A stretch of DNA of 64,000 nucleotides, taken from NCBI GenBank assembly GCA_900617105.1, contig UYFQ01000561.1, positions 1 to 64,000 of the forward strand, given 5' to 3'. The notes under the pieces were generated by a model. It searched no databases, was not told the DNA's origin, and saw only the letters and a program-made list of their open reading frames with translations. Numbering within the stretch: the stretch's first letter is position 1; each line of letters begins with the position of its first letter. This stretch comes from Hydrurus foetidus. Taxonomy: Eukaryota. This document shows, in pieces, positions 10,685 through 23,918 of the stretch. The position numbers and the translations under genes were made by a program.

Positions 10685-12010
10685 ATGGCAATCGCTGGGA
10701 GTAGAGCTCATAGACGCATGCAGAATGAATTGGATAAACTTAATTCCGACTCTACGGATGGTTTGACGATTGAAGTGAAGAGCGATGATTGCTGGCACGT
10801 GAAATTTTCCGCTGCTGTCGGAACAATCTACGAGGGAGAGAACTACACTTTGGAAGTCAAATGTAAACCGCAACAGCTTCTATTTATTACTTTTCGGCAC
10901 TGTCCTATCTAAATTTTGATTTTGTGGAACTGAAACGAAGCTGGGATTTGCCTGGATTTTGAAGAGATGTGAATGTGTGACGTGCACAACATTTTAGAGG
11001 CAAATATACTAAATTTCCTGCATCGTTCTTGAGTCTGACTAATACAACGGTAATGTTTTTGTTCAACAGTTATGAAGGATTATCCCATGGAGTCGCCAGC
11101 AGTTGTGTTCTTGCTTCCTAACGTTCCGGTCCATCCGGTAAGACGATGTTCTGTTATGCATTCTATTCTGTTCTATTTAATACTGTATGTCCTTCGTGTT
11201 GTATCTAGTTCATCCTGTAAGGCACTACCCTGCTCTGCATTCTGTCGTGATTTGTGCTATGCTGTGTGTGTGCTATGTGTATACTGTGTGTTATCAATGT
11301 CGCATTTGATATTTACTATTTTATTCAGTGCTATGTGTCATTAGTTTCGTATCTAGAGTTTTTTTGCCGATCCAGTTTCTAGAATCCAATAAATTCTTTT
11401 TTCATATTGAGACACAGCAATTATGATTTGGTTGTAGGATAATTTTTTACTGCTACAACTTGAAAGTACGTAGTATCAGTTTCTAAGTTGACAGATGCTT
11501 CAGTTATTATTGATAGTGTGAAATTTTCAATATTCTCTTCTTCTTTTTGTTATTTATTAATTGACAATTTTCCTTGTCTTTTGTGTACGGCAGCACATTT
11601 ATTCCAACGGCCATATTTGTTTAAATATTTTGGGCGACGATTGGTCTCCCGCCTTGACAGGTAAGCTCGAACTATATTTCCCATCTTAAAATCTGTTCTC
11701 TGCTTAATAAAATTGTAATTCGAATCATTCTATCTTTTGATAAGATTGGTTTTTCACTTTGAGTGTGGTGAAGCCTGAATAATTTATTTGTGAAGTAAGA
11801 AAAATTATTGAACGTAATCGACATAAAATATAAGTAGTTATTAATTTTATTTTCCTTTTTGTTTTTCATTGTACAGTACGGTCCATCTGTTTGTCCATTC
11901 TATCCATGCTGTCCTCGTGTCAAAAAAAAGAAAGACCACCAGACGATCAAACCTACACCAATAAAAACCCCAAGAAAACGAGATTCGCATATCATGACGA
12001 CAGTGTCTGA
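10685..12010 (+). CDS. UBE2W: Ubiquitin-conjugating enzyme E2 W, 4 exons
   Basis: Spliced product contains YPMESP, HPHIYSNGHICLNILGDDWSPALT (active-site Cys; His in the HPH motif) and the tail KNPKKTRFAYHDDSV. Exons 10685-10863, 11070-11137, 11594-11660, 11877-12010. Confidence 0.9.
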
Positions 12011-12498
12011 AATAGCATCTAATTAACGGAATTTAGTGCAGTTCCTTAGAATGCATCCGTAAAATTATTTATTTTTGATTTTACTGTATTTTCACATACT
12101 ATTTTTGATTTTTGAATTTGCGGTGACTAAGTCATGTTGTACTTTACAGCATTGTATTTAATTGTTTTCATAATTTCACTTTCTCTCTAGCAGCTACAAT
12201 CGTAACTACTCTACTTTAATTTAGTTACAGTATTTCGAATAAATCTAGAGTGTGTTTATGTAGGACAATATCGAGCGGTATTTGATTTTTTGTATTTTAC
12301 TTCCGTTTTTCAAATATCGATCTAGCATAGATAAAATATTCGAAGTGTAAAAAAAAGAAGATATAAAGTGTTTGTTGGGAGATGAATTTTTAAACATTCA
12401 GATCTTTTCCGAGTGAATTAGCATCTAATACTCTCTAGGATGTTCCTATCTGTGGTTGGTCAACGAAATGACAGGACCTGTACTGTTGAAGTCACCAA

Positions 12499-12578
12499 TA
12501 AACAGGAATATCGTATTATCGCAATTGAAAATGACCGCTGAGAACAACGCTTATCACTCTATATTCGTCAAATACGCT
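12499..12578 (+). repeat. 80-bp interspersed repeat, copy 1
   Basis: 78/80 identical to the reverse complement of 21515-21594. Confidence 0.9.
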
Positions 12579-13483
12579 GTTTTGTTTCGACCTTATCAAT
12601 TAGCACAGTACGCGGTGTTTCATCGAAGGCTATGATGGACCTCGAACCCAAATTCCTGGAATATTCGGTCACCAAAAATGCTCGGTCGGTTGACCAAGAG
12701 GGCACGAAAGGATATAGGTACATATACAACACATGGTCAGCCATCGTGCATAGATAGACTTGCATTATGACTGCATTGAGATATCGACTTGACAGTCTGG
12801 CACAGTATTGCACTTTTGAAAATACAGGATAAAATGTTTGCAAGATATGTTTCGAGTAGGGGAGGGTTGGCAAAGGCCTCTTTCCCTCTATGACCCCTTG
12901 AATTGAACTCCTTTTTCCTTCCATTACTTCATCACACTAACAGTACTTTGTTTTCTTAACTCTCCCTTTCCGTCATCTTTCCATATTACAACTTACTTTT
13001 CGTAATCAAATTGGTAAAGAAACCAACTAATGTTGTTGTTTCTGTAGTCACAAATTTTAACTAATGTACAGCACAATTGGTTAATAATCACCACTGCGCA
13101 TTCCTGTCGCACTTACTTTTAAATATCGCTGTCAAGCTCGAATGGAGTCAGTATATTGACCGACACCTTTTACTATTTTCAAGATTTATTTCGAATGAGA
13201 ACTCGTTAATCTGAAGTGTTGCATTAAATGTATATTTCATGTTTAAAATTATGATGACGGAAACGGGTTGGAAACGGTTATATTGTATCATTATAAAACA
13301 TAAAATTATCGTTCGCAGTGGAGTAAAAGTAGATCATTTCGGAAATGATTAAACGCAACTCCAATCGGAAAAGTTGCTTCGCTGTCACAATTCAATTTTA
13401 AACAATCTTCCGTTACATTAGAACTTAAATAAGCCGTATATAGACTTTTTAGCGCGTCATTTATATCTTTTTTGAGTGCATAT

Positions 13484-16400
13484 TTATGCCGCGATGTCAA
13501 CACTTTCAGTTGCCACTTCAAATTCTAAAATGATTTGATCGACTTTCAAATGAGAGCCAGGAACGCAAAGAACATTCTTGATGATACCCGCCTTGGGAGC
13601 ACGGAGAACGTTCTTTGGATAATGTTTAGAATAAAGTGGAAGTTAGGTCAGGGAGATGTGTAGACGATTTATATGGATGTAGCATCAAATTGGATGGTGT
13701 TGCATCATATTTGATCGAGTTGTATGTTGCTTTATTGTATCACATATCACTAATTGAAATTACCGTTTGTAAGTAGATAGATGCGATGGGATGCGATGAG
13801 GACTGATAGCACTAAAAACTCACACGTATGCAGCACACGCATAATATGCCATAGACAGACATACACACACACGCTCTCTCTCTCTCACAGACAAACAATC
13901 ACAATGTAAAGCAAACACAAACGCATACTACACTGCACACACTCAATACCACGCACACGCACTCACAGACATACATGAACGTACGTACCTGCATTTTCAT
14001 GGCCTCTACCACTGCCAGTTGCTGGCCAGCCTCCACGAACTGTCCAGGTACAACACCTACATTGATTTAATAAATTGGATTTAATTTGATTTGATTTATT
14101 TTTTGAGTTATGTGTATTTTTTCACTGAATAGAAGAGTGTATACATTGATGTATTTTATTTTATTTTACTCTATTTTATTTCATTGAATGCACCAATTGA
14201 TTAATTGAATTAGATGGAAGAGTGTACACGTTGATTTGTTTGATTGCATGGAATAGTGTACACTGACTGAATTAATCAAATATACTTTTGTTTTATTAAA
14301 TCAAATAGTTAACATTGAGTTATTGAATTGAATTGAGTATAAATCAAATCAATATAATACGCATCAGAAGAATGCAGCACTATTTTACAATACACTAATA
14401 AATGCAGAACATCATGTGCTACCAATAGCATGCAATTACAGGTACACTTCCACCTTACAGTGTAGCACAGTACTTCACATCACTCGTATACATATTCTAT
14501 TAGTAGCATACACATTAGTGTTCTATACCATATCTGCCTTCAAGACAATGCAGTACGTGACAATAGGTGACAATGTACATTCCCAGAAACCCAAACACCC
14601 ATATTCAGGTTACAGTGCTTATCATTTCAATTTCTTAAAAGCATAACCAAAAATCTGGGCGTCTGGTAATAAACGATGTCACCGAATGCGTTTTACACTA
14701 CACTACGTGACAGTGCAGTACGTTACAGTACAGTACTTACCGCATGATATGAGTGTCCCAGGCATGGGGCAGAGGAGGTACTTGGAGTCGTCTTTTATTT
14801 CAGGCAGCAACATGTGTGCGTGCAACTCCTGTTCCTTGGGACTGCGCACTATTATCTGGAATTCGATGAACACAAATATGTACATTACCGGATAAAAAGT
14901 TAAGGGGTAAAGAATCAAAGGGAGTGAGAAGAAGAGTCAGTGTCGAAGTGGAATCAATTAATATAAAATAAGCGTAATCAGATAAGGATGCGTTCGATGG
15001 AAATGACGTTTTGAAACTCTGCTTTTCCGGATGCAGAGTTTCGGTGAAATGCATAATTTTTCGAAGTACAGTAAGAAGTCGTATACGTAAAACGCTGTAT
15101 TTGGACCGATACAGATTTTTTCCCTGTGTGCCGAACACACCACAATAAGTCGAAATATTCTGTATTCCAAAACAACAGTGGAATGGATGGAATACAGAGT
15201 TATTTCGTGTTCACCAAACGCACAATAAGATAAGACAGATTTAAAATGAAACAGTAGAAGTGTATCACGATTTATGTATACATACTCTAAGGTTTGTTGA
15301 AAATCTTTCCAATTTTCAACAATTTTACTGTATGAAATTGTAAACGTTTTGCAACACTTTCAAATTCATGTCACCAAAAAAAGAGGAGAAGTTGGGGGGT
15401 AATCTACTCTACAACTTCTTCCGGTTAATTTGATGTACCAGTTGTTGAGAGCCGTTGAGTCTCAGGTGAAACCCCTCCCCACACGCACTCTTTCCTTCGT
15501 ACTGGAGAATTAAATCGTTTTTGTGCGCAGCATCTGAAGGGGCTGAAAGGGGTAGAATTGGAAGAAAAGGGGGAAAGGGAAGAGGAGAGGGGAAAGGAAA
15601 GACGGAAGGGAGAGGAGGAAAAGGAGAGGAATGAGATTGAAGGAAAGCGAGAGGGGAAAAGGAAGATAGTGGGTGGGGAGGAAATGAGATTTAAGGTATG
15701 TGGAGGATGTGTAGAATGCAAGGTATTCAGATGAGTAGAGGTTAGAGGATTAAAAAAAGAGAGGGGTGAAGGGAGAGGGGAGCAGAGGTACGGTGGGAAC
15801 AAAATTCAAACTGTACAGCATAGAGGAGAGTATGACAGAAGCAGCAGCTGTGTGTTTTGTTCTCTTCTTTCTCTCATTTCTCTTGCCTGCAGAGATATCG
15901 TGTATTGCAACTCTCGCGATGCTCTGACCCTTGCTCCATCGAAGGTCAGACACGAGGGCGGTGGATGATATGGAACCTGGGATGCAATGGGTAAAAGGAG
16001 AAGGAAAGAGTAGGAAAGGGAGGAAGAGAGAAGAAGGAGAGATGGTGAGAGGAGGAGAGGGGCGAAATGGGAGGGTAGGGATGGCAGGAGGATGGAAGAA
16101 GGGTGGTGGTAGTGAAAGTAAGAGAAGGATGAGAAGATGGATGGAGCAGGGAAGACTAGAAAAGATGAGAGAGAGATGAATATAGAGACAGAGTAAACAT
16201 AGAAAGATTGATTAAGATGTTAAGTTATTCAAAGATTGGAAAAGTACACTTGATTAACAAATTATACAGGATGCATGCGTGGGATGGTAATATTTCAGAG
16301 GTCTAAGGAAAGGAGAGGACGAGAAAGAAGGGAGAAGACTTCACGGGAGCTATACAATATAGAAACAAAATGGATACCTTGTGAGTCCTTCATAACCGTA

Positions 16401-19400
16401 ATCTCAGAACCGTTAACAGTGTTCTTCACGGATATTTTATACGGAATTCCTTCAGGTCCTCTGCCCCCAAGGACAACTGAAATAAAAAATAAAAAGGATC
16501 ACAACAATTAAATAGTGATAATCAACAAATAAAAAAGATTATGAATATGGAAAGCTTCCGTAAATATGCGGGGAGAATTATGTGATATTGTATAATATGA
16601 TACTGTACGATGTGGTGAATAATAGTTACAGTTAACAAGATTCTGTGATTTTGAAACTGCAATTGTGGACGTCACTGTACAGAAATGGAGACCAAGGAGT
16701 CTGTAGGTAAATGGGGGGAACCAATGACTCCATGTACACGCTAGCAGGACAGATGTGCAGTTATTTTACAAATGAAAGAGTAACGTAATGCACAAAACCA
16801 TAAAAAATGGAAATATAAAACCTCACTGTACAAGGTTTAACGTATGCACGTATGCACGTACGTACGTACCAAATAAGTCCTGACTCGATGCTTTGTCTGT
16901 TTCAATAATTCAACATGTAATTCAATGAAGAAAGAAGAAATGAAGAAGAAAAGAGTGTGATTAGAATATATAAAATGATATCAATGTAGTGATAAGATAT
17001 ACAATAAATTGGATTCTCGGTAGGATAAATATGACAGGAAAAATTGGGTTTAAAAAAAAGTCACAATGAATCAAAATTACTGTTGCGGTCACAAACGACC
17101 GAAAAAATACCCGTACGCGATGAACAAAAAACAAGAAGTAAGCATTTCAAGACGTTTGTATGTATGTACGAAAGTACGTACCAGCGTCTGTTTGTTTCAG
17201 GTGGATGGCGACAGCCGATCTTATCAACTGAAGGGTTTCCACATCAGACAGCTCAACACCTGGAGAGAATGTGAGAAAAAATGAGGACAAAAAAAAGAAT
17301 GGGCGAATGAGAAGATAAAAAGAAGAGTAAATGAGAGAGAAGAATGGATTAGACAAAAGAAGAGAGAATAGAGAAGATAAAAGTGACACACGAAAGGTTT
17401 CGATTCTATTCTAGTCCATTTTATTTTGTATTTCTTTCCTATTCTATTTTGTGCCCTTCCTTTTTCAACTGAATTCTGTCATGTTCTCTCCCGTACTCCT
17501 CTCTACAATAATATTCTTCCAATCTATTCCACTCCATTCTATATCATTTTCTCACCTGAAAATCCTTGCGGGTATTGTTCAGGGATGAATTGCGTGCCGT
17601 AATTGCCTGACCGAAAACTACGTAAGCACACACATATGGGAAAGAAAGCAATGATTAATTAGTGATATCTGTTTTGATGTAGCGTTTTTTGTTGTGATTG
17701 AACCTCATTCAACTTCAATCATCATTCCATTCAAGCGCAGGAATGAAAATCGCTAACAAAAGATAAAAACAAAGAGAGAAAAGCAGTGGAAAAATGATTT
17801 CGGTGTGGATCCTGTACCTTTGATTCCTGAATACAGATCTCAGGAAAGGAATATTGTTGCCCAGTCCAGATACCACGTATTCGTCAAGCGCGTTCTCCAT
17901 CACTGATATGGCCTGCTGTCTGAGAGGGCATGAGAGTGGAGGCAGGAGTGAGGGCAGTGAGTTGATGAGATAGGCAGGTACGTGAGTAAACAGGTGAGTT
18001 TTTAAGTAGATAAATAGGTGGGCAAAAAGAGATGAGGTGAATTGATGAAGGTGGGACGGAGTAAAGAGGGAGGGAGCAAAGAAGAGAGAAGAGAAGAGAC
18101 GAGAAGAGACTTGAAATCTATTCTTACTATATGAGATAGGATGAGGAACGAAAGGAGAGAAAAAGGATATATTACACCCACGCAATGCTGCTCTTCACTC
18201 CATGAAATACGTGCCCTTCAGAGATAATTATCACACCTTGTCGCTGCATGTGTGCACAGCTTAGAGATCATGGGATCGTAGTGTATGCTGATGTTGGCGC
18301 CTTCAAACACCCCCGTGTCGATGCGCACCGTCACGCCTTCTTTGTTATCTGTGCGTACGTACGTGCAAGAGTGAGTGTAGTTAGTATGTACGTGCATGTT
18401 TAAGAGTGAGCGTTATTTGAACGTATGTACTGGTGGAAAAGCAAGCGTAAGTGCTGCTTCTAAGTGTACGTAACACCCACCTTTTGCAGTGGTGAGTGTT
18501 GGTTCTAGGTAGGACACCAGCGGACCGATGGAGGGCAGGAACCCCCTCAAGGGATCTTCAGCGTACACCCTGCTCTCTACTGCCCAGCCCTTCGCCTCTA
18601 AGACGATGTGATGTGCGTTGTTGTGAGTGTGGGTTTGGGGAGTGTGAGGGATGGGGAGAGGAGTGCAGATTCAGCATGAACGAGGGAAGGGTGTGTGGAT
18701 GAGAGAGTGTATAGGAGGGAAGGGGAGGTAAGGAGGTTTGAAGATTCAGAGGAGTAGGAGGGAGGGTGAAGGAGAATGGGTTACGTAAAGCAGGACTGCG
18801 ATACATGTTGATGCAGCGCGATAAAGGTTTACACAAAAAAATGTGTTCTACACACATCAAAATAAAACAACATGATTCACCTAAGAACGGGTTGGCCGTA
18901 AGATGGTCCGGTAAAGGTTTACCGGAAGCCACCCACAGCATGTGCTCCACTAGATCTTGGCCGGACACCAACTCCGTGATCGGATGCTCCACCTCTACGA
19001 AGTAGTGAGGTAGAGAAGAGGTAGTGACGAGGTGGTGGTGAGATTGAATATGAGAATATGACGCAATTTTGTCACTTGATTTGTTCTGTTCTGTTTTAGT
19101 TGTGAGGATTGTGGTCAATAAATGTCGATGTGACTGTATTCCATGCATTCAAAAGACACCTTAATTCAATCAAATTCAACTCAATTTAACACAACTTATT
19201 CACTTTGTTGCATACACAAGTAAACTCTTCTACTCACGTAGTCTGGTATTCATTTCGAGGAAGTAGAAGTTCTGCTTCCCGTCTGCGAGCATTTCGACTG
19301 TGCCTGCTGATCGATAATTCGTAGCTTTGCACAGCATGATAGCTTGTTCTTGCATCAAACGACTGTGGAATGAAAAGGGAAAGGGAAGGGAGAAAAGAGA

Positions 19401-22400
19401 GAGAGGGGGTGAGAAATGAGCAGGCGACAAATAATTCTACTAACTTTAATTCTAAAACATCACATTCAATCTAATTCATTCTGCTTCTCCTACCGAGTGT
19501 TAGGTGTCAGCAAACAAGAAGGACTTTCTTCGACCACTTTTTGATTCCTGCGCTGCACAGAACATTCTCTGATAGTTGCAATAAAAAGCACAAAAAAAAG
19601 TTAGAAAAATAAAGTTTAGGAAAAAAATGTTATGAAATGAAGGTACTGATTGAATTGTGGCGAATGTATTAAATGACGGGAAATAAATTACAATTAAAAA
19701 AAGAGACTGTTTCATTGATGAGGTGTTGTACGAAGGAGGTTCATAACACTTTGTTTGACTCGTAAATAACCATGTCTGTTAGAAGCATTTTTATTGACAA
19801 TTTCACTCACAGAAATTAAAATTAAAAGAATCTTAATCTTCACTTAAAAACTAACACCATCAAATAATACTGCTTCAAAAATTAATATAGTCGATTTCCA
19901 TCCACTGTTTTTTAGATTTGATGTGATCTTCAGTCTACACACCTTTCCGGAAATGCGAGAACGTTTCCGTGATTATCAGCGACAACCTTTTACGAATCAT
20001 AATAAATTGTTAATTGATGATGATATTTCAGTTGAGAAATATGAGAGTATAGATTGTTGAATAACGAGAATATGATAGTGTTAAATATGTAATGATACAT
20101 CACATAAAATATTGGGGGAGATAGCATCACAATTTTGAAGAATAGTTCAGTTGCGCAATATGGTAATATCATGGGAACAGATTCATGGACTCTTGATGCG
20201 GACACTAATCCTGGCCACTCTGCCCATTTCGTGTTTGGGTTTGATTCGGATCAACAAGGGTGTAGCTTTCACTACTTCTTTGTTTCTCCACTTTTCTTTC
20301 TCTTCCCTTCCATCATTCTCCTCCCCCCTCTCTCCCTCCTCTCTTCCTATCTCTCTATTCAATTCTCCCCATCCCCATCTCCACTTCCTCACCTGTATTT
20401 CGATATGGTGGGGGTCCTCTATGAACCGCTCGATCAACATCCTGTCGTCACCTAAACGTACGCACATCAAAAGTGTGAACATGCTGATCATCTAAAATGG
20501 ATTTTAAATTATTTGTTTCCTCTTCTCAAATTTATTTCAATTTCAAAATTAGATAAAAATAGAACGAAATTGCACCAAAAAATGCGAGATTCGTACCAAA
20601 AGACGCCATTGCTTCTGCTTTGCTCAAGCGGAATCCTTCTCTCACTTCCGCATCATTGTACGCAACCCTCATTCCCTTTCCTCCACCACCAGCACTGGCC
20701 TGCATCAAATTAATGGAATTATCATCTAATATCTATGAATTTCATCTAATAATTAGAATTGTTTTTGGTTTAGTTTCTTTAGAAAACTCAAAGGTTTATA
20801 TAAATCTGTGCTCTGATTTAATCTGTAAAATTTGCCTACATTTCAAATTCAAACCCTGTCATAATAGTATTCTTCCTTCTTTTTTCTTTCTCCCCAACTA
20901 TTGAACCAATACTCCAGCATAAAAGGATTATACTGCACCAATGCAGAAAACACTCTTCCACATGAATATCTTTCGATATTGTGCCGGTCAAAACTAAACG
21001 GTGCCACAAAATTTATTTTGCGGCATATTCGTGTTTTTGACTGCAGAATCAAATAACGGTTATTTTGACCTCTGTCAAAAACACGAAAAAAACCTCCCCT
21101 CAAAATAAATTCTCCCGTCTAGTATTGACCGGCACAATAAACAAAAAATTTAGTCCGACATTATGATAAAATCAATATCAACACCTTTATCATGACAGGA
21201 TAGCCGACTTGTTGGGCCAAACGAGCAGCCGCGTCCTCATCCTCAACCTCTCCTGATGAACATAATAAATATAGAGAAAGTTATTGTGATCAAAATAGGG
21301 GATGAGAATAGGGGACAGAGATGTATTGACCAATATAGAAATAACTACGAAATACAGATGGAGATAAAGAAATAAATGAAAATGGAGATACGTGTCGAGG
21401 TAAATATAGGTATAGATATAGATATTGTGTGACAGAACTCCCTCTCACTGTTTCCAAGAAAGACAGACTGTCACAATCAAAGCAACAAACTAGCAGTTGT
21501 CGGGATTTTTTTGAAGCATATTTGACGAATATAGAGTGATAAGCGTTGTTCTCAGCGGTCATTTTCAATTGCGATAATAAGATATTCCTGTTTAACTGTG
21601 ATTTCCACAATATTTGGATGATCTAGTTTGTCATTCTTGACGTCTATCTGACTGACGAACCTCCATGCAAGTGGTAACGACTATGTTTGAATGGGTTCAC
21701 TTGATTAGCTGTTAACAACATCTGAATGCATTTATTTTGCCTATTCACACATTTGAATGGGTATGCCTTACATGCATGATTCTTGACAACTTTCACAATT
21801 TTACTGAATAGTGTTGTGAACGATCCGCAACATTTTTTAAAATTCGTGTCAAGAGGGTGTGTGGGAGATGTCTATAACACAGGTTGACCGTAACATCTAT
21901 CTAACGAGTCATGTCATTTAATAATTTCGTTGTTAATAATATTTGAATGAATTAGTTCTTCACTTAACACATTTGAAGGAATACTCTTTACATCTAATTG
22001 AAAGTTGACTGACCTTCATAGCCGGGTATAACAAAACACCCGGCAGCTTTCGCGATTTTCTTGCTGTTGATTTTATCTCCCATGTCTGTCATTGCCGCAC
22101 TAAAAACAGACGAAAAATGTGCATATCATACGTTACTACATGTATTTACTGCAAAAACATGAAAACTAAAAAAGCGAATCACTCAGCAATGAAGAGGAAA
22201 AAAAAAAGAATTCAGAAAAAAATCCATCTAATAATTTTAATAATTTAAAAAAAATTCAAAATGTAAGCAGAGTATAATTCATGAATTTATAGATAGCTTG
22301 CCTGGAAGGACCAATAAATGTGATTCCGTTTGTCTCACATAAATCAACGAATTTCGCATTTTCTGACAAGAATCCGTATCCGGGATGAATTGCCTTTTGA

Positions 22401-23385
22401 ATTTCAAGTATTGAAATTATACGGATTTAGGGCTAATTTCGTGATATAAATTGCACTTGATTATGTGTTTGCAAATTCGGAGATGTAACATTTTAAATTC
22501 GTGCTGACGCGTTTTTAATTCTAGCAGGAATATGAGCAAGAAAGAACACACACATTCCTTAGGAATATTTCAGAACAATTAAAATGAGCAGTATGACAGA
22601 TAATCGAAAACAAAATAAGGAGCGTTGTATGACTCGCTTCTAAGCAAAATAAATTAGTGCAGAGAAGTGCATTATATGCTCAACAAAATGCAAAAAATTG
22701 CAGATGATCTATATTTCTTATTTCATTTTCATCATTACCTGAGCGCCGCATGCTTTTGCAATTTCAATTATTTTGTCCATTCTAAGATAGCTGTCTCTGC
22801 TTGCAGCGCCACCCACACAGTATGACTCATCCGCCATGCGTACGTGCATACTGGATGCGTCAACATCGGAGTAAATAGCCTGTATAGAAGAGAAGAGAGT
22901 TGAGTCATAAAGTGCAGAAGAATGTTCTTCAAAGAACGATATAAGTTAAGCTTCCTAGGAACTGATTTAACCTCGCTAGGAACTGATTTAAAATGTATTT
23001 CGAGAGCGCAAAGCAAGCATATCATGCAAAAGGAGTGAAATCTGAATGAACTATGCTGTCATCACTCATACATATTCAACCATAGTCAACTGTGTGAGAA
23101 ATGGTTGCTACGGACAAGTTGTGAGTAAACTCTCTAATGAACGTCCTAACAGCCATTATTCCTTACACTCCCCCTACAGTGTCAAACATAGAGTGCCCTT
23201 ACCACAGTCTTCACTCCCAATCTTTTGGCTGTTTTTATCACCCTGCATGCGATTTCACCTCTATTCGCAATCAATATTTTATCAAAAGGTTTGGAAGCAT
23301 CTCCCCTGGTGCTCAGTAGGCGCTGCAGAGCCAATCTCACAACTGAGACATCTCTAGATTTCAAAGAAGATCTCAAAGACAACAT
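13484..23385 (-). CDS. PCCA: Propionyl-CoA carboxylase alpha chain, mitochondrial; many exons
   Basis: Arg/Ser/Leu-rich presequence, then [101 protein letters not shown] and the biotin site EAMKMQ. QRRNQKV and GDDR favour PCCA over MCCA. Stop at 13484-13486. Confidence 0.9.
20979..21137. mobile_element. Palindromic MITE, copy 1 (inside a PCCA intron)
   Basis: TA|TTGTGCCGGTCA...TGACCGGCACAA|TA, with an internal inverted pair TTCGTGTTTTTGAC/GTCAAAAACACGAA. A second copy in the opposite orientation is at 51462-51621. Confidence 0.9.
21515..21594 (-). repeat. 80-bp interspersed repeat, copy 2 (PCCA intron)
   Basis: Inverted near-identical copy of 12499-12578. Confidence 0.9.
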
Positions 23386-23918
23386 GATAGATAGGACACA
23401 GAGTGACCGTTGCTTGTGGGAAAATAGCGTCGTCGAAAGAAGGCCTCGATAGACTCTCCGACAATCAGCTTTCGCAGCGCGTTAAGAATCGATTACAGGG
23501 AAAGAGTCACAATCGAGAATTGCTGACACCACCAGTCGCCAATTCACGTCCTAGCAACACTTCAATGAGAGAGTTGTTAGAGACCGGAGATGACTTCGGG
23601 GAATGCTAAACTCCAAAAATTAAGTTGAAGTTTTCCGCAGGAGGGAAAGGAAGAAAAGTTCCAAAATCTGGTGATAAATTATCTTAAATTATCTTAAAAA
23701 TTACTCACAGCGTCTTCAATTACCGTACAGTACAGCGTTCTCATATTAGATTGGTCTCATAAATCATAAATCATAAATGATGGAATTTTACTATCAAACT
23801 CGATGTGCTGAACTATCATTGTATGAAATACTTTACAAAAATGAGTCACTTCGCAGTAATTGAATTGGATTTAACTATTCAATACCATCATGAATTTTGG
23901 AATTTGAATAACTGAAAC

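Noticed and set aside
12568..12924. 118-aa minus-strand ORF
   Set aside because: No recognisable motif, and it overlaps an interspersed repeat.
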